Positions 1 through 9,748 of a DNA stretch of 64,000 nt are shown one piece after another (the first letter of the stretch is position 1; each line of letters opens with the position of its first letter). The position numbers and the translations under genes were made by a program. Source of the DNA: Candidatus Poribacteria bacterium (lineage in GTDB: Bacteria > Poribacteria > WGA-4E > PCPOR2b); NCBI GenBank assembly GCA_965218095.1, contig OZ244587.1:1952001-2016000 (forward strand), given 5' to 3'. The notes below the pieces were generated by a model. It searched no databases, was not told the origin of the DNA, and saw only the letters and a list, made by a program, of their open reading frames with translations.

Positions 1-609
1 GATGGCTGGACAGGTAAAGGGCAGTTCTGGATTGCCCAGCAGCGTGGTGACGACGCCGATAACGGCTTTGAAATCGATAACAGCAAAAAGAATAACAAGG
101 CGACACCACGAAGCGATGCGACTATCTACAATGTCACGCTCGTCGGCGATCTGGACAGGACGGAAAGTGATACGGGCATGTTGATTCGTGAAGGCGCAGC
201 GGGTACATTTCGGAACATCATTGTACACGGCTTTAAAAACGGCGCTGGACTCGACATCAACACCGCCGCCAGTCATGCGCTTGCCCAAAACGGTGGGATC
301 TCTATCCAGAACACTATCTTTTCTAACAACGGCCCCAGTAACTTTGTCGAACCGGAAGACGGTTTCGACGAAGGTGCATGGGCAACCCAAGGTGGCTTTA
401 ATAACTTTGAGGATGATGCGAAGTTGCGTAACCCATTTGACCAGAATGCTCCAGATTTCCGACCGGCAGTCGATTCGCCTGCGGTGAATGGAAGCGTTCC
501 GGTCGCATAGCTGCCTGCTGATGGCTTCTTCGAGCCGGTGAACTTTATCGGTGGAATTGGTCCAAACGACAACTAGACAGCCGGTTGGACAACAACCGCT
601 CAACAATAA
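1..609 (+). pseudogene. 3' part of a secreted beta-helix-like surface protein, interrupted by two in-frame TAG codons
   Basis: Frame 1 is open from the window edge (DGWTGKGQFW...DNGFEIDN...IYNVTLVG...LIREG). TAG at 508-510 and 574-576; the frame continues LPADGFFEPVNFIGGIGPNDN*TAGWTT to TAA at 607-609. Confidence 0.65.
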
Positions 610-668
610 TGAGTGACGAGTGGGGGGTGATGAACGTGACAAATCACTTATCACTCCTCACGCATCAC
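609..668. repeat. Inverted array of degenerate heptamers (gagtgac/cgtgac ... tcactcc/tcacgca)
   Basis: atgagtgacgagtggggggtgatgaacgtgac followed by atcacttatcactcctcacgcatcac, directly after a stop codon. Confidence 0.55.
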
Positions 669-677
669 ATATTTACT

Positions 678-1178
678 ATGAAATGGCGAATCGCATTAGG
701 AATTATTCTCCTCGTCCTATTGGGACTGTCAATAGGCTGGAACAGGGAGAGCGCATGGGATAGTCGCTTTGAGTCCCCGGCTGACCTTGGTCGCGCGGTC
801 GTCAAGACGCTGAATCGTGGGGATGCCGATGGGTTGCATTGGCTGAGAGTGAATCGGGATGAATACTTCTCATGGATCTGGCCCGCTTTTCCTGCCAGCC
901 GCCCACCCTATAATTTTACCGCTGATTTCGCATGGTCAAACCTCAATAAAAAGTGCATAATCGGCGTCGGCAAGTGGAACCGACGCTACGGATGTAAAAA
1001 TCTTGCCTTCGTGAACCTCCACTTTGAACGCCCGACAGAGGAATATGAAGGGTTCAAACTACTGCGCGGCACGGTGCTGACAGTACAAAAAACGAATGGT
1101 AAGAGTGCCGAATTAAGAATTCTCGGATCCATTGTCGAAAAAGATAATCGCTATAAACTTCTGAGTTATGAGGATTAA
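678..1178 (+). CDS. Hypothetical exported or membrane-anchored protein
   Basis: ORF 585-1178; likely start MKWRIALGIILLVLL at 678 (signal-like hydrophobic stretch). Confidence 0.7.
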   Translation: MKWRIALGIILLVLLGLSIGWNRESAWDSRFESPADLGRAVVKTLNRGDADGLHWLRVNRDEYFSWIWPAFPASRPPYNFTADFAWSNLNKKCIIGVGKWNRRYGCKNLAFVNLHFERPTEEYEGFKLLRGTVLTVQKTNGKSAELRILGSIVEKDNRYKLLSYED

Positions 1179-1185
1179 ATAAACT

Positions 1186-2175
1186 ATGAGTAGTTATGTT
1201 TCCAATTATAGAGCGAACAAACGGGGCCAACAAAAAAAGAAAGCCAAACGCCGAAAGCTGATAGCAGCCGATCTGCCAGCTTCCGCACCCTTGAAAGCAA
1301 CCCCCAAACATAATCAGGTTGCTGCAATTCAAACGGCGCCGCATCAACAGTCGAAAAGGCAGGTTGGTACTTCTAAGGTCGTTACTTCTAAACGTTTCGC
1401 GTTTCTGTTCTCTGTTACCTTCCACGTTGTCGCGGCGGCTATTGGGACACTATATATCGTTCAAGAGACGATTATCGATGATGACGTGATCGTAGCGGAA
1501 GTGATGAAAGCCCCTCCCAAACCAAAACTCAAACGCCTTTCCCGTCCGCGTGTCGCCCGAACCCAAACCCCTCGAAAAACAGTAACCGCCCCAAAACCGC
1601 AATTAAATCAAGTCGTCACAACCAGTGCGAGATTTACAACCCCATCAAGCCTATCTATCGCGCCGCTTGGCGCTCCAGGTGACGCTGGGTTTGGGAGGAG
1701 GGGTTTATTCGTCGGAGAACGTCAAGCGCAAGTCGTCGCTGTGGCGCCTCAGTTTGAAGCGCCCAAGTTCCTAAATACATCAATAATCGGGAAGATTGAT
1801 AAGGAAACAAATATTGCGCAAATGGATTTTAATCCGGAGGCCATTGAGCTGATTACGGCGGACTTGAGAAATGCAACACAGTCGCTTTCAGAATTTCTCA
1901 AGGCAATTCGTGATAAGATTAAGCGGTCACAACGCTACCCGCAATCCGTGCGAGAATTGGTTGATGACAGCACGGTACAAGTGCAATTCACCATTCGGCA
2001 TGACGGCACGCTTGTCGACGCCAAAGTTGTCACCTCCTCTGGCTCGAGGGCGCTTGACGCCGCCGCACTGTCTGCAATTCGGGACGCTACGCCCTTCCCA
2101 CCCTTTCCTGGAGATCAAGCAGGCGAAACCCTCCGTTTGGAAATTCCTATCGTTTTCCAATTAAAGACCAACTGA
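1186..2175 (+). CDS. Energy transducer TonB family protein
   Basis: TM helix with SVTFH motif, Pro/Lys-rich linker, TonB C-domain (YP...VQVQFTIRHDG...SSGSRALDAAAL...PFP). Confidence 0.85.
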   Translation: MSSYVSNYRANKRGQQKKKAKRRKLIAADLPASAPLKATPKHNQVAAIQTAPHQQSKRQVGTSKVVTSKRFAFLFSVTFHVVAAAIGTLYIVQETIIDDDVIVAEVMKAPPKPKLKRLSRPRVARTQTPRKTVTAPKPQLNQVVTTSARFTTPSSLSIAPLGAPGDAGFGRRGLFVGERQAQVVAVAPQFEAPKFLNTSIIGKIDKETNIAQMDFNPEAIELITADLRNATQSLSEFLKAIRDKIKRSQRYPQSVRELVDDSTVQVQFTIRHDGTLVDAKVVTSSGSRALDAAALSAIRDATPFPPFPGDQAGETLRLEIPIVFQLKTN

Positions 2176-2407
2176 GCAACGAATTAGTAGAAGGCGTCGG
2201 CACATCAACATTGACAGAAGACTACCCCTTTACTACACTATATCTACTCTCAACTATAACTCGACAATGTTAGATTTCCTCGCAACCCAAAATTTTATCT
2301 TGGTTTCGAGTCGGTTGTCAACTTAGAAAGTTGGGTTACAACGGCATCCGCGTTCTAATTTAACACTGTCAAAATAATCAGAGATCTCAATTGAAAGGGG
2401 GGTCACA

Positions 2408-3102
2408 ATGTCATCCAAGCAAATCGAATACCCAATAGTTTCTCAAATCGTCTGCGAATATCTGGGTTCGCTGTTCTTGGTCATGGCGGCGATTTCACCG
2501 ATTATTCTTTTCAACCAGATTTTGGACGCTGGCATTGCTTTGGCGGTGCTCGCTGACGCCCTCGCCGTGGGGTTTATCCTCTTCGTCCTCATTGAAATGT
2601 TCGGCCCAATCAGCAGCGCGCATTTCAATCCCGCCGTGAGCATCGCCATGGCGGTCAGCGGTCAAATGAGATGGGGCGAGCGCCAATCTACATTCTCGCG
2701 CAGATTACCGGTGGCTTGACAGGGACGGTTTGTTCCCATCTCATGTTCTATCATAAAATCCCCGGGTTGACTGCTATTTCTGAGGTGACCCGATCTGGCG
2801 GGAACTATTTCTCGGAAATCTTGTGTACTTTTATCCTCGTTCTTGCTATTTTCCTTCTTGTACAGCATCAATCAGATAAAATCTTCCTCGTCGTTGGTCT
2901 GTTAGTCGGGGGAGAATTAATTGCAACATCAAGCACAATGTTCGCCAACCCACAAGTCACTCTGGCGCGGATATTCACCTATTCGGCAGCGGGTGTAAAG
3001 CCTCTGGATGGGATGGTATTCATCCTGATGGAGGTCATCGGCGCCGGGCTTGCCGTTTTTGTTTTCAAAGCAGTGAATCGAAACAGAAAACTGATTGAGT
3101 AA
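2408..3102 (+). pseudogene. Aquaporin/MIP family channel (AqpS-like), frameshifted near 2672
   Basis: ORF 2408-2719 has HFNPAVS; ORF 2671-3102 has TSSTMFANPQVT. One extra G in the GGGG run at about 2673-2676 would join them. Confidence 0.8.
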
Positions 3103-3161
3103 TAGCCTCCATTACAGACGTTATGATAGCTCTTCTGTCACGATTCACTTCATAACGCCTT

Positions 3162-3205
3162 TTGACACAATAAAGACAAAACTTTGTAACAATTTTGTAA
3201 CATTC
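3162..3205 (+). promoter_or_regulatory. Putative Pho-box-like array (four direct repeats, 11-bp period)
   Basis: ttgacacaata/aagacaaaact/ttgtaacaatt/ttgtaacattc upstream of the rrf2-porin-phoU-pst run. 11-bp phasing is typical of PhoB/OmpR sites. Confidence 0.55.
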
Positions 3206-3240
3206 CGATGATATATTTTCAAAGTTTATTGTGGGTTTTC

Positions 3241-3264
3241 ATTTTGGACATAAATGTCCAAAAT
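3241..3264. promoter_or_regulatory. Perfect 11-2-11 palindrome, probable Rrf2 operator
   Basis: ATTTTGGACAT-AA-ATGTCCAAAAT about 30 nt upstream of the Rrf2 gene. Confidence 0.55.
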
Positions 3265-3291
3265 CGGCAGTGACCATCGCAGAAAGGTGAT

Positions 3292-3681
3292 TTGAAGATG
3301 TTTTCACAATCTTGTAGATACGCACTTCAAGCACTTTTATACATTGCTGCCCCCCCATATTGGCGTCCGATTCCGTTGCAGGAAATCGCGAGAAGGTACA
3401 AATCACCGCGTCATTTCTTGAGCAAAGTTCTGCAAACGCTTGTTAAAAATGGGATCTTGAATTCTCAAAAAGGACCTTTGGGTGGATTCACACTCGCCAA
3501 ACCTACGAGCGAAATCACACTGCTCGAGGTCGTACGCGCGACGCAAGGTTCCCATTCACTAGAAGGCTGTTTGCTTGGCCCACCTTACAGTTGTGAATCT
3601 CATCTTTGTTCACTGCATGAAATCAAAGAAGACATCCACAACGCCCTTAGACGGCAAACCATTGCACAACTGATCGATTGA
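3292..3681 (+). CDS. Rrf2 family transcriptional regulator
   Basis: YALQALLYIA...FLSKVLQTLVKNGILNSQKGPLGGFTLAK...ITLLEVV; C-terminal C-x7-C-x4-C-x2-H cluster. Confidence 0.9.
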   Translation: MKMFSQSCRYALQALLYIAAPPYWRPIPLQEIARRYKSPRHFLSKVLQTLVKNGILNSQKGPLGGFTLAKPTSEITLLEVVRATQGSHSLEGCLLGPPYSCESHLCSLHEIKEDIHNALRRQTIAQLID

Positions 3682-3724
3682 GCCAAGGGACAGATTCACA
3701 AGTGTGTCAAAAAATGGAGGCTTT

Positions 3725-4771
3725 ATGAAAATACATCTTCGGTGGGGCTTCTTGCCCCTACTGTTCATATTGTGGAATTGTTATTCAATTTCCTGGGCGG
3801 AGGAAGGGAAGGTTAGCGGCTATTTCTTTGGAGATTACTACTACATGCTGAAATCGCACAATGCCGGTCTTGAAGACCGAAATGGATTTCAGTATCGGCG
3901 CGCCTACTTCACTTACGACAAGAACTTGTCGGAGGAACTTTCTGTGCGGTTTCGGCTGGAAATGAATAGCCGTTCATTTCCCACAGCCCGTGAGACAACA
4001 TCAAAATTAGAACCGTTTCTCAAACATGCCTATCTGAAATGGAAGCGGCCGGATTGGCGGACGAATATCTACTTTGGGCTATCCGGATCGCCGACCTGGA
4101 GCAATATCGAAAAAGTATGGGGCTATTGCTCTGTTGCGAAAACAACCCTTGATCTTCAAAAAATGGCTAGCAGCGCGGACTTTGGTGTATCGATTCAAGG
4201 CGACCTTGACACATCAAAGAAAATTAGCTATCACCTGATGGTCTCAAACGGCATGGGTACGAGCGCAGAGATCGACCAGAATAAGAAGGTCTCTTTGTCG
4301 CTTGCCGCCAGGCCGGTTGAAGGTATTATCCTTGAGGGCTATGTCGATCTAGAGAACGCCAAGGACAGAGATACACGGCACATCTTACAAGGTTTTCTCG
4401 GCTATCAACAAGAGCAATTTCGATTTGGCATCCAGCTTGCCAATCAGACCCGGCGGCAGAAGGACGCGGATGACCTTAACATTTTAGCGGGGTCCGTGTT
4501 CGGTGCGGTAAAATTGATCGAGAAGAAGGTGTAGGCTTTCGCTCGGTTTGATCGGTTGTTCGATCCGAATCCAGAGGCAAAGCGAATTGCTTACATCCCT
4601 TTTGATGAAACGGCGAAGTCGAATATAGTTCTGGTCGGGCTGGATTGGATGCCAATCGATGCCCTTCACATCATGCCCAATCTTGTCCTCGTCTTTTACG
4701 ATGAACCGGATAAAGATGACAGGCCAGATGAAACCATTATGCCCCGTTTGACGGCTTTCTTCACGTTTTAA
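3725..4771 (+). pseudogene. Outer-membrane porin-like beta-barrel (possibly phosphate-selective) with one in-frame TAG
   Basis: Signal peptide, GFQYRRAYFTY and LKHAYLKW strands. TAG at 4532-4534, then the same frame continues to a C-terminal Phe (RLTAFFTF) at 4771. Confidence 0.7.
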
Positions 4772-4849
4772 GGCGTTGTACCTCGTTCCTCAGTGTGATA
4801 TACTACTTGCAACGAACTTCGGTTATCGCAAAATTGGAGGGGATGTGAT

Positions 4850-5977
4850 ATGCAATCTCATTTAGAAGAAAGCCTACAACAGGATATCGACCTGATTCGC
4901 AATAAGGTCATCGAAATGGGTGGTTTGGCTGAGAGTGCGCTAAAGACCAGTCTGGACGCGATTGAGAATAACGACCGCCAATTGGCGTATGCGGTGATCT
5001 TGAAAGACCACTATATTGATGAATTAGAGGAGGAACTGGAATCGCTCTGTCAGAAATTCCTGATTAAGCACCTGCCTGTCGCGGGTCAAATGCGCTTTGT
5101 TTATTCCGTCATCAAGATCAACACTGAATTGGAGCGCGTCGGCGATTATGCGAAAGCCATTGCACGGCGATTTTTGACTGTCAGTTCTTTAAACGCTCAG
5201 GTGTCCTACCCTAAGCTCACCGAAATTGTCAATCTGTCGATTCCGCTGCTCCGTAACGCCCTGCAAGCCTTCGCCGAAGGTAACGCAGAATTGGCGAAAG
5301 CAACAAGGGAGAAGGAAAAGGAAAAAACGATAGACACCCTGCGCTACGAGATTCATCGTGACTTAATCCAACTGCATAGTGATGGTGGATTACCATCAGA
5401 GGCGCTCGTGCCATTGATGACGATTGTCGATCGCTTGGAGCGCGTCGCCAATCAGGCCAGCAATATTTGTGAGGAAGTCCTGTACATGCGTACCGGTGAA
5501 GATCTGAGACATGACTACCAGCAGGTGCTGCGTGTACTTTTTGTCGCCGAGCGTGACGCCTGCCGGGGTCAGATGGCCGTCGGTATCGGTAACGGCCTTG
5601 GGTTGAAAAGGGTCCTGTTCAGCAGCGCCGGCGTTGCGCCCATCTCTGTGGACGCCAAAACCGTGCAATTCATGGCGAAAAAAGGGATCGATATTTCTGC
5701 ACAGACTTCCAAATATCTAAGCCAAACCTTAGATCCCAAAGATTATGAGGTCATTGTATTACTTTCGGAAGAAGCAGAAAGGGCTTTCCCACCAACGCCC
5801 TTGAAGACGGTCCAAATCAACTGGGAGATTCAAGATCCATCAAGACTTGAAGAGTCTGAAGCGGAGGTGGAAGCTGCTTATGAGAAGACATTTCGATTTT
5901 TAGATACACACATTCGAGATCTGGTTCAGGCGATTCTCGGTGATGATATTAAGAAGGAGGAGACCGATGTTCAATAA
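4850..5977 (+). CDS. phoU: Phosphate signalling protein PhoU fused to a C-terminal LMW-PTP/ArsC-like domain
   Basis: Two PhoU repeats (ELERVGDYAKAIA, LERVANQASNICE), then VLFVAERDACRGQMA...SAG...GIDISAQTSK...WEIQDP. Confidence 0.9.
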   Translation: MQSHLEESLQQDIDLIRNKVIEMGGLAESALKTSLDAIENNDRQLAYAVILKDHYIDELEEELESLCQKFLIKHLPVAGQMRFVYSVIKINTELERVGDYAKAIARRFLTVSSLNAQVSYPKLTEIVNLSIPLLRNALQAFAEGNAELAKATREKEKEKTIDTLRYEIHRDLIQLHSDGGLPSEALVPLMTIVDRLERVANQASNICEEVLYMRTGEDLRHDYQQVLRVLFVAERDACRGQMAVGIGNGLGLKRVLFSSAGVAPISVDAKTVQFMAKKGIDISAQTSKYLSQTLDPKDYEVIVLLSEEAERAFPPTPLKTVQINWEIQDPSRLEESEAEVEAAYEKTFRFLDTHIRDLVQAILGDDIKKEETDVQ

Positions 5978-6872
5978 AGTGTTGAGCGCCATCGTTGTGG
6001 TGGCGTTTTGCTTATCTTTAAGCGCATGTTCCAAGAAAGATGATAATGGCGGAAAAACTGAGAGTGGCGGAGCCGAAAGGTTTGTTATTCAAAACGCCGG
6101 TTCTGATACGATGGTCAATTTGGCGCAAGCCTGGGCTGAAGCGTACGCCGCAATTGAACCTGCCGTGTCAGTGGAAGTCTCCGGCGGAGGCTCTGGCACC
6201 GGCATCGCGGCGTTGATCAATGATACCGTTGATATTGCCAATTGTAGTCGCCAAGTGAAACCCGAAGAAATCGAAAGGGCCAAACAAAATACCGGCAAAG
6301 AACCACAGAAATTTGTCGTCGGCTATGACGCATTAGCGGTTTACGTTCATAAAGACAATCCGCTGGAGGAAGCCACGATTGAGCAACTTGCAGAGATCTA
6401 TGGCGAAGGTGGGGCCATAACGAAGTGGTCTCAACTGGGTATCAACCACCCCGACTGCTCAAGCGACGAAATCATCCGCGTCAGCCGGCAATCCAACTCA
6501 GGAACTTATTTTTATTTCCGCGAGGCCGTGTTAGGCAAAAAACGGGATTACAAACTGGGCTCAAGGGATTTGCACGGCTCCAAAGATGTTGTGGAATTGG
6601 TCGAGCGGACGCCCTGTGCAATTGGCTACAGCGGAATGGGGTACGCCACCGAGCATGTCACAATGTTAAAAATTGCGAAAAAAGCGGGCGACCCGCATTA
6701 CGCGCCAAACCTCGAAAATGCGCTCAGTGGTGCCTATCCCATTGCACGTCCGCTGTATATGTATTCGCTCGGCACACCCGGCGCGCAGGCGAAGAAATAC
6801 CTCGATTGGATTCTTTCTGATGCTGGCCAGCAGATTGTCGAGAAAGGCGGGTACGTACCATTGCCGAAATGA
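5967..6872 (+). CDS. pstS: Phosphate ABC transporter substrate-binding lipoprotein
   Basis: Lipobox LSAC, GSDTMVNLAQAWAE, GGGSGTGIAAL, SRQSNSGT, YPIARPLY; RBS AGGAGG. Confidence 0.95.
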   Translation: MFNKVLSAIVVVAFCLSLSACSKKDDNGGKTESGGAERFVIQNAGSDTMVNLAQAWAEAYAAIEPAVSVEVSGGGSGTGIAALINDTVDIANCSRQVKPEEIERAKQNTGKEPQKFVVGYDALAVYVHKDNPLEEATIEQLAEIYGEGGAITKWSQLGINHPDCSSDEIIRVSRQSNSGTYFYFREAVLGKKRDYKLGSRDLHGSKDVVELVERTPCAIGYSGMGYATEHVTMLKIAKKAGDPHYAPNLENALSGAYPIARPLYMYSLGTPGAQAKKYLDWILSDAGQQIVEKGGYVPLPK

Positions 6873-6966
6873 AGGTTGACCCAGGAGGTCCGCAGTCAAC
6901 AAATAGTATCAAATAAATTGTAAATGTGACCATACAACCGCCGCGGAGGCAATACAACAGATAATA

Positions 6967-7860
6967 ATGATAGACCGACACCGTTTGGAACGTTTTACCG
7001 AACCCATCATTGAGTGGGCGATTCGGTTATGTGGCATCAGTGCGATTCTGTTTGTTTTTGGGATTTTCTTCTTTGTCTTCCGGGAAGGTGCCGGTTTTCT
7101 TTTTGGGGGATTAAATCTCGGTGAATTTCTCACCAGCCCCGAATGGTACCCCACCTCTGTTAGCCACAAGCGCTACGGTGTTCTCGCCTTAATCGTTGGA
7201 ACCTTTAGCGTGACGATATTAGCCATGATGATCGCCATACCCTTTGGTCTGGGCGCGGCGATCTTTATTTCAGAATTCTGTGGTCCCAAACTGAAAGAGA
7301 CGGTTAAGATCGTCATCGAGCTGCTTGCAGCTATCCCGTCGGTGGTCTGGGGATTCATCGGTTTGACGGTAATGAATCAACTGATCATGGCTCTGTTTGA
7401 CGCCCCAATCGGCCTCACGGTGCTAAACGGCGGTATCATTCTCGCGCTCATGAGCGTGCCAATCATCGTTTCTATCGGCGAAGACGCCCTCAAAGCCGTT
7501 CCAGATTCTTATCGTGAAGCCGCTGAGGCGCTTGGCGCAACCCGCTGGCAAGTGGTTTACCGGGTGCTGGCGCCCGCAGCGAAAAACGGACTGTTGGCGG
7601 CGGTGCTGCTCGGTGTCGGTCGTGCGATTGGCGAAACGATGGCGGTGCTGATGGCAACCGGGCATGCTGTCCAAATCCCAAAGGGCCCGCTCGACTCGGT
7701 CAGAACACTGACGGCGACGATTGCCGCTGAACTCGGCGAAGCCTCCGTCGGATCAGACCACTATCGGGTGCTGTTCATTGTCGGCATTCTGCTTTTTTCA
7801 ATTACGTTCGTGGTGAATCTCGCAGCGGATTTGGTGATAAAAGGTATTCGGGAAGACTAA
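6967..7860 (+). CDS. pstC: Phosphate ABC transporter permease PstC
   Basis: IELLAAIPSVVWG, EAAEALGATRWQ, GRAIGETMAVLM. Confidence 0.95.
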   Translation: MIDRHRLERFTEPIIEWAIRLCGISAILFVFGIFFFVFREGAGFLFGGLNLGEFLTSPEWYPTSVSHKRYGVLALIVGTFSVTILAMMIAIPFGLGAAIFISEFCGPKLKETVKIVIELLAAIPSVVWGFIGLTVMNQLIMALFDAPIGLTVLNGGIILALMSVPIIVSIGEDALKAVPDSYREAAEALGATRWQVVYRVLAPAAKNGLLAAVLLGVGRAIGETMAVLMATGHAVQIPKGPLDSVRTLTATIAAELGEASVGSDHYRVLFIVGILLFSITFVVNLAADLVIKGIRED

Positions 7861-7982
7861 CCCCGATTTTCGATCAGGGTTGATTAAGTCGAAAAGATTC
7901 GTTATCGGAGCGGCTGTCTCCCAAAAACCGTTCTCTTTTCTAAACAGAACCTTCTGAAGGTTCTACAGCTCGGAGATAATGA

Positions 7983-8930
7983 ATGGAGACCGAAAAACAG
8001 ATAGAGCGCGATGAACTGATCAAAACAGAATTCGACCACCAGCCGATCTTCACGGAAACCGCGTTGGGCCGGAAGAATAGGTGGACTGAAAACCTTGCCA
8101 AAAGCATTTTCCTCTTGATGACGGTGCTGATGATTTTACCCTTGCTTCTGATTGTCGGTTACCTTTTCTACAAAGCCTTGCCAGTGCTATCTATCGATTT
8201 CCTGTTTACCAATCCAATGCATGGCATGCGGGCGGGCGGCATCTGGGCACCATTTCTGGGGACGATGTATCTGGTCATCATTTCGCTGCTCGTTGCGGCA
8301 CCGGTTGGTGTGCTGGCAGCGGTGTATCTGAATGAATATGCACGCGATAATTGGTTCACGCGCATCATTAATCTGGCGGTGGTGAATCTCGCCGGCGTTC
8401 CGAGCATTGTCCATGCCCTATTTGGGTTGGGGGCTTTTGTGCTATTTGTGGGTATTGGTCGTTCCATTCTGGCAGCCTCCCTCACCCTGGCGATTATGAC
8501 GTTGCCTGTAATTATTGCCAGCACCAAGGAGGCGCTCGGCGCCGTGCCGCTGGCATTTCGTGAGGCCTGCTGGAATGTTGGCGCCACACGCTGGCAAACT
8601 ATCCGCCGCATTGTGTTGCCAAACTCCATCACTGGTATTTTGACTGGGGCGATCCTGCAAGTCTCGCGGGCGGCGGGGGAGACCGCACCAATTATGTTCA
8701 CCGGCACCGTTTTCTACAAAGCCATACGGGAGGGCGACATTTTCGCTTACGGCATATTTGATCAGTGCATGGCGCTATCAATGCACCTGTTCACGATCTC
8801 CACGCAAGTTCCCAATGTCCCCGACGCCTTGCCTTATGGGACTGCCGTTGTGCTTCTAGGGACTGTATTGATGGTCAACGCGCTAGCGATTGGGTTGCGG
8901 GTGTATCTGCGGTCTCGGAAGAAGTGGTAG
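7983..8930 (+). CDS. pstA: Phosphate ABC transporter permease PstA
   Basis: AVYLNEYA, NLAGVPSIV, RAAGETAPI. Confidence 0.95.
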   Translation: METEKQIERDELIKTEFDHQPIFTETALGRKNRWTENLAKSIFLLMTVLMILPLLLIVGYLFYKALPVLSIDFLFTNPMHGMRAGGIWAPFLGTMYLVIISLLVAAPVGVLAAVYLNEYARDNWFTRIINLAVVNLAGVPSIVHALFGLGAFVLFVGIGRSILAASLTLAIMTLPVIIASTKEALGAVPLAFREACWNVGATRWQTIRRIVLPNSITGILTGAILQVSRAAGETAPIMFTGTVFYKAIREGDIFAYGIFDQCMALSMHLFTISTQVPNVPDALPYGTAVVLLGTVLMVNALAIGLRVYLRSRKKW

Positions 8931-8983
8931 GGATTGAAATTGACGATTGACGATTGAAAATAGTCAATACGGGACAAACTGAC

Positions 8984-9748
8984 ATGGCCAATTCAACAAA
9001 GAAAATTGAGATCTCCGATCTCGCTGTCCGATACGGTCAGAAGGAAGCCCTCCAAGGGATCTCCTTCGATATATATGAGAACGAGATCCTTGGTATCATC
9101 GGACCAGGGCAATCCGGTAAAACGACGCTGCTGAAAACCATCAACCGCACCATAGAATTCGAGGTGGAAGCGCAGGTTCATGGTTCAGTGAAGATCGATG
9201 GCGAGGATGTGAAGGGACTTAAGAACGTCTACGAACTGCGTCGGCGGGTGGGGATGGTTTTCCCGCTGCCGGTTGGCTTGCCGTTGTCCATATACGATAA
9301 CGTCGCATTCGCGCCTCGGACTGCGGGCATTCGGAATCGGGCTGAATTGGATGCGCTTGTCGAGCGTTGCCTCCGACAGGCGGCGCTTTGGGACGAAGTG
9401 AGAAACCGCCTCGACAGTCTTGGGACCAAGCTGTCGGGCGGACAACAACAGCGCCTGACCATCGCCCGTGCCCTCTCGCATCAACCAGAGATTCTCTGCC
9501 TCGACGAATTTTCCATCGCGGTAGATCCGGTGACGACGATGCGAATCGAAGATGTCCTCAAAGAGTTGCAGGCGAATATCACAATCATCCTCGTTACCAA
9601 CCTGGTGCAACAGGCCCGGCGACTGGCAGACCGAACCGCTTTTATACTTGATGGCGAACTAATCGAAATTGATTCCAACGAAGTGATTTTCTCCGAGTCA
9701 CCAGCAAACAAACTAACTTACGACTATGTAAATGGGAACTTTGGATGA
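8984..9748 (+). CDS. pstB: Phosphate ABC transporter ATP-binding protein, copy 1 (degenerate Q- and H-loops)
   Basis: GPGQSGKTT, LSGGQQQR, LCLDE, YVNGNFG. Confidence 0.9.
   Translation: MANSTKKIEISDLAVRYGQKEALQGISFDIYENEILGIIGPGQSGKTTLLKTINRTIEFEVEAQVHGSVKIDGEDVKGLKNVYELRRRVGMVFPLPVGLPLSIYDNVAFAPRTAGIRNRAELDALVERCLRQAALWDEVRNRLDSLGTKLSGGQQQRLTIARALSHQPEILCLDEFSIAVDPVTTMRIEDVLKELQANITIILVTNLVQQARRLADRTAFILDGELIEIDSNEVIFSESPANKLTYDYVNGNFG

Noticed and set aside
2255-2340. MITE with taactcgac / gttgggtta ends
   Set aside because: Ends are short and imperfect, with no clear target duplication.
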